A stretch of DNA of 64,000 nucleotides from Acutalibacteraceae bacterium. GTDB taxonomy: Bacteria > Bacillota > Clostridia > Oscillospirales > Acutalibacteraceae. The translations under genes and the position numbers were made by a program. Below are positions 17,639 through 27,788 of the stretch, piece by piece. The notes under the pieces are model-generated. The model saw nothing but the letters and a program-made list of their open reading frames with translations. It did not search any database and was not told the origin of the DNA. Location of the stretch: assembly GCA_045637465.1 (NCBI GenBank), contig JAZTZM010000040.1:111399-175398 (forward strand). The letters run 5' to 3'. Each line of letters opens with the position of its first letter. The stretch's first letter is position 1.

Positions 17639-20600
17639 TTGGCAGAAAACAAAAATCTTGACGCTTTTGCCGGTCTTGATGCGATGGATGCTCACGTTGA
17701 CGATTGGCGTGACGCCGTTAAGGGCAAGCAGAGAGGTATCTTCTCTTTTGATGACGTTGTAAACGTCAAGCTCAAGACACTTAAGAAAAGAATTTACACA
17801 GACATCGAATCTATCCCCGCATGGAAGATGAAGGAATGCATCTACAAGGGTGTAGGCGATTACGAATATCTCTACGATGAGTGGAAGGATCTTAACGTTG
17901 GCGACCGTTGGGGTAACAACGGCTGGAGCGCTTTCTTCAAAAACTCATTCGAAATTCCCGAGCGTTTTGCAGGCAAGAAGGTTACACTCAACGTCTATTT
18001 CGGCGGTGACTCACTTCTTTCACTCAACGGTGAGCCTTATCAGGGTCTTGACCCCTTCCGTAACAGCGTTCTTCTTTCCGATTGTGCTGAGGCAGGCAAG
18101 CACTACGATGTTGATATCGAGTCTTACTATGTATGGCACTCAAACGAGTCAACAGTAAAGACTCTTTCCTGCTCATTCATCGGTGTTGTTGACCCCGTAA
18201 TCGAAGAAGTTTATTGGGATTTCAAGACAATCTTCAACGCACTGTTTATGCCTGTTCTCGACACAGGTATTGCAGAGCTTATCCGCTCCGCACTTAAAGA
18301 AGCTTTCACACACGTTAACTTCGACGTTGACGGTGACGAGTTCAAGGCAGGTCTTCTTGCTGCTCAGAAGGTTCTTAAGGACAGAGTTTACAACAACACA
18401 AACTACAAGACCGAGGGTATGATTGACCTTATCGGTAACTCCCACCTTGATATCGTTTTCATGTGGGCATACAAGGAGTACGTCCGTAAGCTCGGCAGAA
18501 CTCACGCAACAATGCTTCGCCTTATGGAGCAGTACCCCGACTTCATCTTCTCACAGAGCACAGCTCCCACATACATCGAGATGGAGAAGAACTATCCCGA
18601 AATGTTCGAGCAGGTCAAGAAGCGCATTGCAGAGGGCAGATGGGAATACATCGGCGCAATGTGGGTTGAGCCTGACTGTAACCTTATTTCAGGTGAGTCC
18701 TTTGTCCGTCAGCTTCTTCACGGCGTAAGATACGCTGAGAAGACATTCGGCATCACACCCAAAACCTGCTGGGTACCCGACGTATTCGGTAACGGCTACG
18801 CAATGCCCCAGATTCTCAAGAAGGCAGGCGTTGAGTATTTCGTAACTCACAAGATGGGAATCTGGAACGATACCAATCCCTGGCAGTACAACACATTCTG
18901 GTGGGAAGGCCCCGACGGCTCAAAGATCTTCTCAACAGTTCCTCCCTCACACTTCATCGGTACAGTTGAAGCTGACTCACTCAAGATGAGCTGGAAGAAG
19001 TACACAGACAAGGCTACAATCGGCGAGTCAATGTACTGCTACGGCTGGGGTGACGGCGGCGGCGGTGTTGACACCGAAATGCTCGAGTACGTCAAGCGTT
19101 ATAAGAATTTCCCCGGTCTGCCCGCAACCCAGACAAGCAAGATTGAGGATTCACTTGCTCGTATGAAGGCAAAGGCAACAGACACAAACATTCCCACATG
19201 GAAAGACGAGCTTTACCTTGAGGAGCACAGAGGTGTTCACACCACAAAGGCTCTTCTCAAGAAGCTTAACAGATACAGCGAAAACCTCTACCGTCAGGCA
19301 GAAATCTTCGCAAGCATCGCAAGAGGCTACGGCTATGAGTATCCGCTTGCAAAGCTCAACGAGGGCTGGCAGATGATTCTCACAAACCAGTTCCACGATT
19401 CACTTCCCGGCTCACACATCACAGAAGTTTTCGGCGACCTTTGCGCAATCTATAACGATATTATCGCAATCGGCGAAAGCGTACGTGACGAAGCACTCAA
19501 CGCAATTGCAGGCAACATCGGTGCAGGCAACAAGTACGGCAAGCCCTTCGCTCTGTTCAACTCCCTCGGCACAGCTGCAACCTCAAAGGTTGAGCTTCCC
19601 TACAAGGATGTTGAGATTTACGATGCTGACGGCAACAAGGTTCCCGTTCAGGCTTACACAAAGCTCGACGGCACAAAGGTTCTCGTCTTTGTTGCAAAGG
19701 ACGTTCCTGCTGTCGGTTACAAGGTATACTACACCAAGGAAGCTGCTGTTGCTGAAGCTAAGGCAGTTGAGAGCGCAGACATTGAGAACGATAACTTCAG
19801 CCTCAAGTTTGACGCAGCTGCTGAGCTTGTTTCAATCTTCGACAAGAAGAACAACAGAGAAGTTCTCGGCGGCAAGGGTAACGTATTCCGCATCTACGAA
19901 GACCTTCCCGGTAAGTACGATGCATGGGATATCGTTGTAACTTACACAGACCGTGAGTTCGAGACAGAGGCAGGCAAGGTTGAGAGCGTTGTCACAGGCG
20001 ACGTATTCACCTGCGTTACTGTTACAAAGAACATCATGAAGTCTGTTCTCAAGCAGAACATTATGATTTATAATGAGCTTGACAGAATCGACTTTGATAC
20101 ATTCATCAGCTGGCACGAGCAGGAGAAGCTCCTCAAGGTCGGCTTCGACGTTGATATCAAGGCACAGAAGTATACAAGAGATATCGCATACGCAACAATC
20201 GAAAGCTCCAACTACCGCCACAATCCCTACGATAAGGCTAAGTTCGAGGTTTCTGCTCACAACTTTATCGATATGTCTGAAGAGGGCTACGGCCTTACAA
20301 TCCTCAACGATTGCAAGTACGGTTACGAGGTAAACGAGCAGAGAATGATCATCACTCTCCTCAAGGCTCCGATGAACCCCGACCCGCAGTCAGACAGAGG
20401 CGACCACTACTTCACATACTCACTCTATCCGCACGCAGGCGGCTGGAAGGATGCAGAGACACTCGTCAGAGGTCTTGAGTTCAATAACCCGATGCTTCCC
20501 GTTGACCTTGCAGATGAAGCAAAGGGCGCAGAGAGCGGCTCATTCATCAGCGTTGACGGCAAGAACGTTACACTTGAAGCTGTCAAGAAGTGTGAGGATG

Positions 20601-20803
20601 AGGATGCTTACATCGTACGTTTTGTTGAGAAGGCAGGCAGAAGAACAAAGGTTACAGCCGAGTTCTTTGCTGAAATCGCAAGCGTCAGCGAGTGTAACCT
20701 CCTTGAGCGTGAGGATGTTGCAGCAGACATCGCAAGCGGCAAGACTCTCAGCTTCGAGATCAATCCGTTTGAAATCAAGTGCTACAAAGTTAAAGTAAAA
20801 TAA
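17639..20803 (+). CDS. Glycoside hydrolase family 38 alpha-mannosidase (large, about 1050 aa form)
   Basis: ...IGNSHLDIVFMW..., ...GAMWVEPDCNLISGES..., ...QFHDSLPGS... GH38 motifs. TTG start with a moderate RBS (AAAGGA). Confidence 0.88.
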   Translation: MAENKNLDAFAGLDAMDAHVDDWRDAVKGKQRGIFSFDDVVNVKLKTLKKRIYTDIESIPAWKMKECIYKGVGDYEYLYDEWKDLNVGDRWGNNGWSAFFKNSFEIPERFAGKKVTLNVYFGGDSLLSLNGEPYQGLDPFRNSVLLSDCAEAGKHYDVDIESYYVWHSNESTVKTLSCSFIGVVDPVIEEVYWDFKTIFNALFMPVLDTGIAELIRSALKEAFTHVNFDVDGDEFKAGLLAAQKVLKDRVYNNTNYKTEGMIDLIGNSHLDIVFMWAYKEYVRKLGRTHATMLRLMEQYPDFIFSQSTAPTYIEMEKNYPEMFEQVKKRIAEGRWEYIGAMWVEPDCNLISGESFVRQLLHGVRYAEKTFGITPKTCWVPDVFGNGYAMPQILKKAGVEYFVTHKMGIWNDTNPWQYNTFWWEGPDGSKIFSTVPPSHFIGTVEADSLKMSWKKYTDKATIGESMYCYGWGDGGGGVDTEMLEYVKRYKNFPGLPATQTSKIEDSLARMKAKATDTNIPTWKDELYLEEHRGVHTTKALLKKLNRYSENLYRQAEIFASIARGYGYEYPLAKLNEGWQMILTNQFHDSLPGSHITEVFGDLCAIYNDIIAIGESVRDEALNAIAGNIGAGNKYGKPFALFNSLGTAATSKVELPYKDVEIYDADGNKVPVQAYTKLDGTKVLVFVAKDVPAVGYKVYYTKEAAVAEAKAVESADIENDNFSLKFDAAAELVSIFDKKNNREVLGGKGNVFRIYEDLPGKYDAWDIVVTYTDREFETEAGKVESVVTGDVFTCVTVTKNIMKSVLKQNIMIYNELDRIDFDTFISWHEQEKLLKVGFDVDIKAQKYTRDIAYATIESSNYRHNPYDKAKFEVSAHNFIDMSEEGYGLTILNDCKYGYEVNEQRMIITLLKAPMNPDPQSDRGDHYFTYSLYPHAGGWKDAETLVRGLEFNNPMLPVDLADEAKGAESGSFISVDGKNVTLEAVKKCEDEDAYIVRFVEKAGRRTKVTAEFFAEIASVSECNLLEREDVAADIASGKTLSFEINPFEIKCYKVKVK

Positions 20804-20825
20804 GATAAATCAAAACAAAACAATT

Positions 20826-20861
20826 AAACCGACCTGTGATTGCGATCACGGGTCGGTTTTT
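20826..20861. terminator. Bidirectional terminator between GH38 and the ribokinase-family gene
   Basis: AAACCGACCTGTGAT tgc GATCACGGGTCGGTTT followed by TTT. Confidence 0.65.
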
Positions 20862-20868
20862 GTATAGG

Positions 20869-21771
20869 TTATATCAATTCTTCAACACGGGGCATTGATG
20901 CGGCGGCACCCATACGGCTGACGGCTATGCTGCCTGCTTTGTTGCCCATATCGCAGGCGGCGTAAATATCGCCGCTTCGCTTATATTCAAGCGCCATTGC
21001 CGCTGTAAAGCAGTCGCCTGCAGCCGTTGTGTCAACAACGTTGGCAGGGTATGGCGGCATTATACGCAGGTCTTTGCCGTCATATACGGCACAGCCTCTT
21101 TCGCCGAGCTTGAGCACGATGTATTCCGCCTTGCTTCTTTCTTTGAGAATCTCCGATGAGCGGAGTATGGCTTCTTCACTGTCGGGTAAAATCCCCGTCA
21201 GTGCAAGGGTTTCGCTCTCGTTTGGTGAGATTATTGTTGCGCCCTGCATTTTTTCAAGCGAAAACTGTTTTGCGGGTCCGCAATCGATAACGGTGATGAT
21301 TCCCTTTGAAATTGCACGGTTTACGCACTGCGTGACAACCTCTTCTGCCGTTTCAAACTGCACAAGCAAAAGGTCAAGGTCATCCGTTATAAATTCTGCC
21401 GCTTCGTCAGGGTCGATTTCAGCGTTTGCACCCTCGTATACGACGATTCGGTTTCTGCCCTCTCCGTCAAGGAGGATTGCCGCCATACCCGTCTGTGTGC
21501 CTGCGGTTGAAACGCCTGAGCGGTCAATTCCGTTTGATTCAAGGTTTTCAAGGAGCTTTCTGCCGTTTGTGTCGTCTGCAACCTTGCCTATCATCCTTGT
21601 GTCAGCGCCGAGCTTTGCAAGGGCTGATGCCTGGTTTGCTCCCTTGCCTCCGCAGGAGTAGCTGTATTCTGTGCCGAGCACGTTTTCGCCGATGTCGGGC
21701 ACTCTCTCCATTCCGAGAATGATATCCATATTTATGCTGCCGACAACTGCGGCACGTATGAAGCTGTACAT
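20869..21771 (-). CDS. PfkB-family sugar kinase, ribokinase-like
   Basis: ...VVGSINMD..., GGKGANQA, C-terminal ...DTTAAGDCF... PfkB signatures. Confidence 0.85.
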   Translation of the reverse strand: MYSFIRAAVVGSINMDIILGMERVPDIGENVLGTEYSYSCGGKGANQASALAKLGADTRMIGKVADDTNGRKLLENLESNGIDRSGVSTAGTQTGMAAILLDGEGRNRIVVYEGANAEIDPDEAAEFITDDLDLLLVQFETAEEVVTQCVNRAISKGIITVIDCGPAKQFSLEKMQGATIISPNESETLALTGILPDSEEAILRSSEILKERSKAEYIVLKLGERGCAVYDGKDLRIMPPYPANVVDTTAAGDCFTAAMALEYKRSGDIYAACDMGNKAGSIAVSRMGAAASMPRVEELI

Positions 21772-21787
21772 ATTTTCTTCACTCCGA

Positions 21788-22447
21788 TTAAAGTGCGGCT
21801 CTGAATTCGTCTGCCGCGGCTGTCATAGCCTTATCTTTTATGAAAAGTCCGCTTGTGCCCAGCACGAATATATCTGCGCCTGCAGCGCTGAGCTTTCTGC
21901 CGTTTTCGGGGCTCATATTGCCGTCAACCTCAATAGGGATGTATCTGTCAGCCTTGCTGAGCAGCTCTCGTGCGGCGGTTACCTTTTCCTGTGCGCCGTC
22001 AAACATTTTCTGTCCTGCAAAGCCGGGTGTAACCGTCATCACAAGCGCCATATCAATGCTGTCCGTAAAGCTTTCAAGGCAGGAGAACGGAGTTGTCGGG
22101 TTGATTGCAAGACCTGCCTGACAGCCGTGAGCGCGTATAAGCTCAAGCGTTTTACCCACGTTTTCATCCGCTTCATAGTGTACGCAGATAACGTCACCTT
22201 TATCAAGCTTCATTCTGTCGATAAAGCGTGCGGGATTATTTACCATCATATGCACGTCAAGCGGTATATCGGTTATTGATTTGAGCGCGTTTACAAAGTC
22301 AAAGCCGAGCGTGATGTTGGGCACAAAGCTGCCGTCCATTATATCGATGTGAAGATATTCGATGTTTGCAGCCTCAAGCTCTTTCACGGCTTTTTCAATA
22401 TTGTTGAGGTCAGCGCACATCATTGAAGCCGAGAGAAGTTTTGCCAT
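21788..22447 (-). CDS. Ribulose-phosphate 3-epimerase family protein (Rpe / allulose-6-P epimerase-like)
   Basis: ...SMMCADL..., HIDIMDGSFVPN, ...VMTVTPGFAGQ... motifs. Confidence 0.88.
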   Translation of the reverse strand: MAKLLSASMMCADLNNIEKAVKELEAANIEYLHIDIMDGSFVPNITLGFDFVNALKSITDIPLDVHMMVNNPARFIDRMKLDKGDVICVHYEADENVGKTLELIRAHGCQAGLAINPTTPFSCLESFTDSIDMALVMTVTPGFAGQKMFDGAQEKVTAARELLSKADRYIPIEVDGNMSPENGRKLSAAGADIFVLGTSGLFIKDKAMTAAADEFRAAL

Positions 22448-22538
22448 ATTTCTTTTCCTGCCTTTGGTTGATATTTAAACGGATTATAACACAGAGAAAA
22501 TAAAAATAAAAGAAAAACCGCATATTTTTTACAAATCC

Positions 22539-22567
22539 TTGAAGTGAGTAAACATTTATATTATAAT
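22539..22567 (+). promoter_or_regulatory. Sigma-A type promoter candidate for the GH92 gene
   Basis: TTGAAG (22539-22544), 17 nt, TATAAT (22562-22567). Confidence 0.5.
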
Positions 22568-22608
22568 TGATAATAATCCTAATATTGGAAAAAACAGGGG
22601 GATTTGAT

Positions 22609-24867
22609 ATGTGGAAGATTATCAGAATTTTTGTTTCGCTTTTTGTAACGCTTGAAATGAGTATTACGGGGCTGTTCAACGGTGTCACACCAAAGAAGGT
22701 TGATATGCCTCAGATTCCCGAAACCGAATACGGCAAGTACGTTGACCCGTTTATCGGCACTGGCGGTACACCGTGGACCTGCGGCATGGTCAGCCCTGCG
22801 GCAACCGTACCCTTCGGCTCTGTCAGACTCGGACCTGATACGTGTTTCCTCGGCGGTGCATATATCTTTAAGACTAATACCTCCGGCTATTATTATGAGC
22901 ACGGTCATATCAGAGGTTTCAGCCACTCCAGACTTTCCGGTACGGGTGCTGAAGACTATTCAATGTTCAGAGTTACTCCTGCCGTAGGTAACGGCAAGGC
23001 AGGCGTGATGGCATATTCACACGCAAATGAGCAGGCTTCACCGGGCTATTACGCTGTCTATCTTCCCAGCGTAGGCTGCCTTGCGGAGATGACTGCTGAT
23101 GTACATACAGGTGTTCACAGATACACCTTCAATTCTTCCAAGGATGCAAGGCTGTTTATCGACGTCACAAGTGCCGCTGCAAAGTCACAGTCACGCGACG
23201 GTAAGGTTGAATACAACCCCGAAACAGGTGTAATCACAGGCAGCTGTCTGCTCTTTGGCTCTTTTGCCGGCAGATACGACGGTCTGCCCACATACTTTGC
23301 CGCTGTTGCGGATAAACCCATCAAATCGGTTGATATCACACCTGATTCGGAAAACTGTTCAATTGATATCAATTTCGGTGACCTTAAGGATCAGAGCGTT
23401 GAGCTCAAGATCGGCATCAGTTTTGTCAGCACCGAAAACGCAATGCTCAACCTCAAGGCTGAAACAGACGGTCTCACCTTTGACGGTGTGCGCGAAAAGG
23501 CAGCAAAAACGTGGAACGATGAGCTCTCCGTTATAAAAATCGGCACGGATGACGAAGACAAAAAGACAGTTTTCTACACAGCGCTTTACCACAATATGAT
23601 AATGCCGACCAACTTCACCGACGTAAACGGTGAGTATCTCGGCTTTGACAAGCAGACACACGTTGCAGAGGGTTATACCTACAGAACGGATATGTCGCTC
23701 TGGGATACCGTGCGCTCAACACATCCGCTTTACACCCTTATCGCTCAGGATATACAGGTTGACTGCCTTAAGAGCCTTGTTACAATGGGAACACAGGGCG
23801 TCGGCGTTCTTCCCCGTTGGCCTCAGGGCGCAGGCTATGCAGGCTCAATGATGGGTGACGTTGCAAACATTATGGTAACCGAAAGCTACCTCAAGGGCAT
23901 CAGAGATTTCGATGTTGAAGCAGCATACGGCTTTATGAAAAACTCTTCGGAGAATCCTTCACCAAAAGCAGGCCGTGAGCACGTAAACGAATACAATCAG
24001 TACGGTTATGTTCCTCAGGACCTTTGCCCCGGCAACGAATCCGCAAGCCGCACAATCGAGTATGCCTGGGAGGATGCAGCAATCGCAACACTCGCAGGTG
24101 AGCTCGGCTACACAGAGGATGTTGAAAGATACTCCGAAAAGGCAATGTACTACAAGAATATCTTTGACCCCGAAACAAAGTATTTCCGCGCAAGAAACTC
24201 CGACGGCAGCTTTGAGAAGCGTTTCAGCCCCTATATGACAACGTTCTACGATATGATTATGATCAATAAGTATGCCGACTACTACTGTGAGGGCAGCGCA
24301 AGACAGTGGCGCTGGAGCGCAACACACGATATCGACGGTATGATTGAGCTCTTTGGCTCAAAGGATTATTTTATCAGCGAGCTTGAGGACTTTATGGAGG
24401 ATGCTTCACTCAACAGAGCTGCAATTGACCCGGGTCACGGCTTCTGGATTGGCAACCAGCACGATATCCACACACCGTATCTCTTTGCAAACGCAGGCAG
24501 ACCCGACCTGACACAGAAATGGGTCAGATGGACGCTTGAAAACCGCTTCAGCACCGATATAAACGGTCTCGACGGCAACGATGACGGCGGCACAATCAGC
24601 TGCTGGTATATATTCTCTTCAATGGGCTTCTATCCGCTTGCGGGCACAGATAAATACTGGCTCGGCTCTCCTAACCTTGACAGTGCCGAAATCAACCTTT
24701 CAAACGGCAACGTGCTCAAGGTCAAAGCAATCAACCAGTCAGACGACAATATCTACGTAAGCTCCGTTACACTCAACGGTGTTGAGCTTGATGGTTGCTA
24801 CGTAACGCACGAGCAGCTTATGGCAGGCGGCGAGCTTGTTTTCACAATGAGCAACACCGCAAAATAA
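22609..24867 (+). CDS. Glycoside hydrolase family 92 alpha-mannosidase, N-terminal signal/anchor
   Basis: ...VDPFIGTGGTPWTCGMVSPAATVPFGSVRLGPDT... and ...GLDGNDDGGT... are typical GH92 motifs. ATG at 22609 sits behind GGGGGA. The N-terminus is hydrophobic (MWKIIRIFVSLFV). Confidence 0.88.
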   Translation: MWKIIRIFVSLFVTLEMSITGLFNGVTPKKVDMPQIPETEYGKYVDPFIGTGGTPWTCGMVSPAATVPFGSVRLGPDTCFLGGAYIFKTNTSGYYYEHGHIRGFSHSRLSGTGAEDYSMFRVTPAVGNGKAGVMAYSHANEQASPGYYAVYLPSVGCLAEMTADVHTGVHRYTFNSSKDARLFIDVTSAAAKSQSRDGKVEYNPETGVITGSCLLFGSFAGRYDGLPTYFAAVADKPIKSVDITPDSENCSIDINFGDLKDQSVELKIGISFVSTENAMLNLKAETDGLTFDGVREKAAKTWNDELSVIKIGTDDEDKKTVFYTALYHNMIMPTNFTDVNGEYLGFDKQTHVAEGYTYRTDMSLWDTVRSTHPLYTLIAQDIQVDCLKSLVTMGTQGVGVLPRWPQGAGYAGSMMGDVANIMVTESYLKGIRDFDVEAAYGFMKNSSENPSPKAGREHVNEYNQYGYVPQDLCPGNESASRTIEYAWEDAAIATLAGELGYTEDVERYSEKAMYYKNIFDPETKYFRARNSDGSFEKRFSPYMTTFYDMIMINKYADYYCEGSARQWRWSATHDIDGMIELFGSKDYFISELEDFMEDASLNRAAIDPGHGFWIGNQHDIHTPYLFANAGRPDLTQKWVRWTLENRFSTDINGLDGNDDGGTISCWYIFSSMGFYPLAGTDKYWLGSPNLDSAEINLSNGNVLKVKAINQSDDNIYVSSVTLNGVELDGCYVTHEQLMAGGELVFTMSNTAK

Positions 24868-24879
24868 GGAGATTTGACA

Positions 24880-26763
24880 ATGGCAACGATAAAAGCAATA
24901 ATCGGTTTTATTGAGGTTGTTTTGCTTTCGTTTTTCGCAATCCCGATAGGTGACGATGTAAGCTACAGCTCAACAACCTACGTGCCGCCTGAGGTCACAA
25001 CCCCGATGTATATTGTCGAGGACGGTGCGAGCGATTTTGTTATTGTAACTTCCGATTCACCCGATGAATGCATTCTCACAGCCGTTGATGAGTTTCAGAC
25101 CTATGTCGAGAAGCTCAGCGGTGTTGAGTTCCGATATGTTACCGAGTCGGAGTATGACGGCGGCAAGGCAATTGTCGTTGGCGAAACAAAGCTTGAAGCG
25201 CAGATAACACAGGTTGACCGAGAATCAATCGGTGCGGACGGATTCCTGCTTTATTCGGACGGTACATACCTGCTTATCGCAGGCGGTGACAGCAGAGGCA
25301 CGCTCTACGGTGTGTACACACTGCTTGAGGAGTATTTCGGCGTGCGTTGGTTTACACCTACGCTTGAGGTTGTGCCCGAAAGCAAAGACCTTGTTGTCGA
25401 TGCGGCACTCAACCGCACGGTCAGACCCTCGTTTGCAATCCGTCGTAATGCCTGCCCCGGCTCAACGGATAACTACCGCGCAAAGATGAAGGTAAACGTT
25501 TCATTCTGGAACGAAGCGCCCGAATACGGCGGCGCACTCACCTATGTGCTCTGGGATGTTACACTCGACAAGCTTGTGCCTGATGCACTTTTTGCAGAGC
25601 ACCCCGAATACTTTGCAATGAATCCCGACGGCACACGCACAACGGATCACGTCTGCCTTTCACATCCCGACGTGCTCCCGATTGCGATTGAAAACGCAAG
25701 GCAGGCAATTCTCGATTGCCCGAGAGAAACCTCCGACCATATTCACATCGGTCAGAAGGATAATTCCAACTACTGTCACTGTGAAAACTGCACAGCGCTT
25801 TACGAAAAGTACGGCAGCGTTTCTGCTCCGACACTTATTTTCACAAATAATTTTGCCGATGCGCTTGACGATGAATTCCCGAATTTCACGTTCACTTTCT
25901 ATGCATACGGTGAAACAGACCGTCCTCCGCAGGACCTTACGCTCAGATGTAACGACAACGTTGTGCCCGTGCTCTGCGGCATTCACAGAGCCTGTCGCAG
26001 CCATCCGCTGACGGAATGCGGCGCACAGGATGGCAACGAAACCTTTCTCAACCTCTACGGCGAAAACGAGCCGACGGTTGCACAGGATCACGCAAACTGG
26101 GTGAAAGTTGCGGACAGAACCTATATCTATGATTACACAATCAACTTCCTTAACTCAATGCAGTTCTTCTCAAACTTTGAAACCCTTCAGCCGACAATGC
26201 AGTATATGCGCGATATCGGCATCACGGGCTATGTCTACAACTGCGGTGACGGACACTCTGCCGCATTTAATGAGCTGAGAAACTACCTCTACTGCAAGGT
26301 TATGTGGGATGTTGACTGCGACGTTGAATACCATATGACGGACTTCCTCAACGCCTATTACGGCGAGGCTGCCGCACCGTATATCAGAGAGATTCTTGAC
26401 GTGCAGACCGCACAGATCAAAAAGACGGCTCACGCTTTTGATTTTGACTGGCACTATCAGTCGGGCTACTATCCGCTTTCAACAGTTATGAAGCTTGATG
26501 TGCTTTGGGACAAGGCACTCGGCGCTGACGTAACGGACGAGCAGATGTTCAACGTTGAGGTTGCAAACCTCAGCTGGGAATACTTCAAAGCTAACCAATT
26601 CCTCGGCGAGTATTTCTTCCTCAATCCTTGGCGATTGCAGGCAAATGAGGAGCTGTACGATGCGATGATTTCGCACAATATTGACAGGGTTTCTTCCTTC
26701 GGTCTGATTCCGCAGGATAAGAGCACGGTTGATTTTATGCTCCGTCCCTTCAACTGGAAATAA
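24880..26763 (+). CDS. DUF4838-family protein (glycosidase-like fold, function unproven) with an N-terminal membrane anchor
   Basis: ...GTLYGVYTLLEEYFGVRWFTP... and a Cys-rich HCxC...C region, recalled as DUF4838. ATG 24880 is 8 nt after AAGGAG and 13 nt after the GH92 stop. Confidence 0.65.
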   Translation: MATIKAIIGFIEVVLLSFFAIPIGDDVSYSSTTYVPPEVTTPMYIVEDGASDFVIVTSDSPDECILTAVDEFQTYVEKLSGVEFRYVTESEYDGGKAIVVGETKLEAQITQVDRESIGADGFLLYSDGTYLLIAGGDSRGTLYGVYTLLEEYFGVRWFTPTLEVVPESKDLVVDAALNRTVRPSFAIRRNACPGSTDNYRAKMKVNVSFWNEAPEYGGALTYVLWDVTLDKLVPDALFAEHPEYFAMNPDGTRTTDHVCLSHPDVLPIAIENARQAILDCPRETSDHIHIGQKDNSNYCHCENCTALYEKYGSVSAPTLIFTNNFADALDDEFPNFTFTFYAYGETDRPPQDLTLRCNDNVVPVLCGIHRACRSHPLTECGAQDGNETFLNLYGENEPTVAQDHANWVKVADRTYIYDYTINFLNSMQFFSNFETLQPTMQYMRDIGITGYVYNCGDGHSAAFNELRNYLYCKVMWDVDCDVEYHMTDFLNAYYGEAAAPYIREILDVQTAQIKKTAHAFDFDWHYQSGYYPLSTVMKLDVLWDKALGADVTDEQMFNVEVANLSWEYFKANQFLGEYFFLNPWRLQANEELYDAMISHNIDRVSSFGLIPQDKSTVDFMLRPFNWK

Positions 26764-26808
26764 GAGGATGGAAAAAAAGCGAAGACCGTATAAAATTATA
26801 TAAATAAA

Positions 26809-26853
26809 GGGGGTTCTGCAGGACCGAAATCCTGTCAGAACCCCTGAAATTTT
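26809..26853. terminator. Terminator hairpin between DUF4838 and LOG genes
   Basis: GGGGGTTCTGCAGGA ... TCCTGTCAGAACCCC (one bulge) with flanking A/T runs. Confidence 0.55.
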
Positions 26854-26988
26854 ATACTGCAAACAAACTACGCCACTCGACGTACCTTTGTACGCCTTCG
26901 GACTGGGTTTGTTCGCTCTTCATCTTTTTTTCTATCCTCTGAATTAAGCTGTAATTAACAAAAAATACAGAATTTTTTGCAACCTTTA

Positions 26989-27573
26989 TTAACCATCTTT
27001 GAGCTGTTTTACCGTGAGCGTATCGTCAACGGGTGTTTCGATGTATGCAATAAGCTCATCAAGGTCTGAGGTTGTTGTGAAAAGGTTGTTGCAGTTTTCG
27101 CGGATGAAATTCTTTTCAACAGCGCTCTCGATTACTGCGTTGAGTCCGTCATAATAGTTGAGGATGTTGTATACGGCAATCGGCTTGTTGTGTCTGCAAA
27201 GCTGTTTGAGCGTAAGTATCTCAAAAAACTCTTCATACGTGCCGATTCCGCCAGGGGTGATGACAAATGCATCTGCGTGGTCTTCCATTATCTGCTTGCG
27301 CTCACGCATTGTGTCGGGTGTGATAAGCTCATCACACTCCTCGAAAATTGCCTCGACGCTTTCTTCACCGAAAAACTTGGGGATGACACCGATTATGTGT
27401 CCGCCCTGCTTTTTAATTCCTCTTGCCGCGGCACCCATAAGTCCGTTTGCACCGCCGCCGAATACAAGTGAATGGCCTCTTTTTGCAAGCTCTTCACCCA
27501 TAATTTCCGTCTGTCTGATATATTCGGGGTCAATTGTCGGTGACGCTGCACCGTAAACACAAATTCTCATCAT
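26989..27573 (-). CDS. LOG-family (TIGR00730) nucleotide phosphoribohydrolase-like protein
   Basis: ...LVFGGGANGLMG... and ...PGGIGTYEEFFE... LOG signature. Confidence 0.85.
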   Translation of the reverse strand: MMRICVYGAASPTIDPEYIRQTEIMGEELAKRGHSLVFGGGANGLMGAAARGIKKQGGHIIGVIPKFFGEESVEAIFEECDELITPDTMRERKQIMEDHADAFVITPGGIGTYEEFFEILTLKQLCRHNKPIAVYNILNYYDGLNAVIESAVEKNFIRENCNNLFTTTSDLDELIAYIETPVDDTLTVKQLKDG

Positions 27574-27788
27574 AAATGCTCCTTTCCGATATTATATATA
27601 ATATGAGAAATCGTATGAAAAATCAACATTAAAATAAAAAGAGCCTGTAACGGCATATTCCGCTTATGCAAAAAGGCTGATTTTTGCCCGTAATTTTTGT
27701 TACGTGTGTTTTTTATAAATTGTTGATTTATTATATTAAAAATGCTATATTATATTCTAAGTAACTATATATAAGGGGGCGGTTTATT

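Noticed and set aside
26860-26925. Odd GC-rich segment with repeated TACGCC and an AAACAAAC...GTTTGTT inverted repeat between DUF4838 and LOG genes
   Set aside because: There is no convincing ORF, tRNA-like cloverleaf or recognisable RNA motif. It is too short and degenerate to interpret, and may be a remnant of the same hairpin-repeat families.
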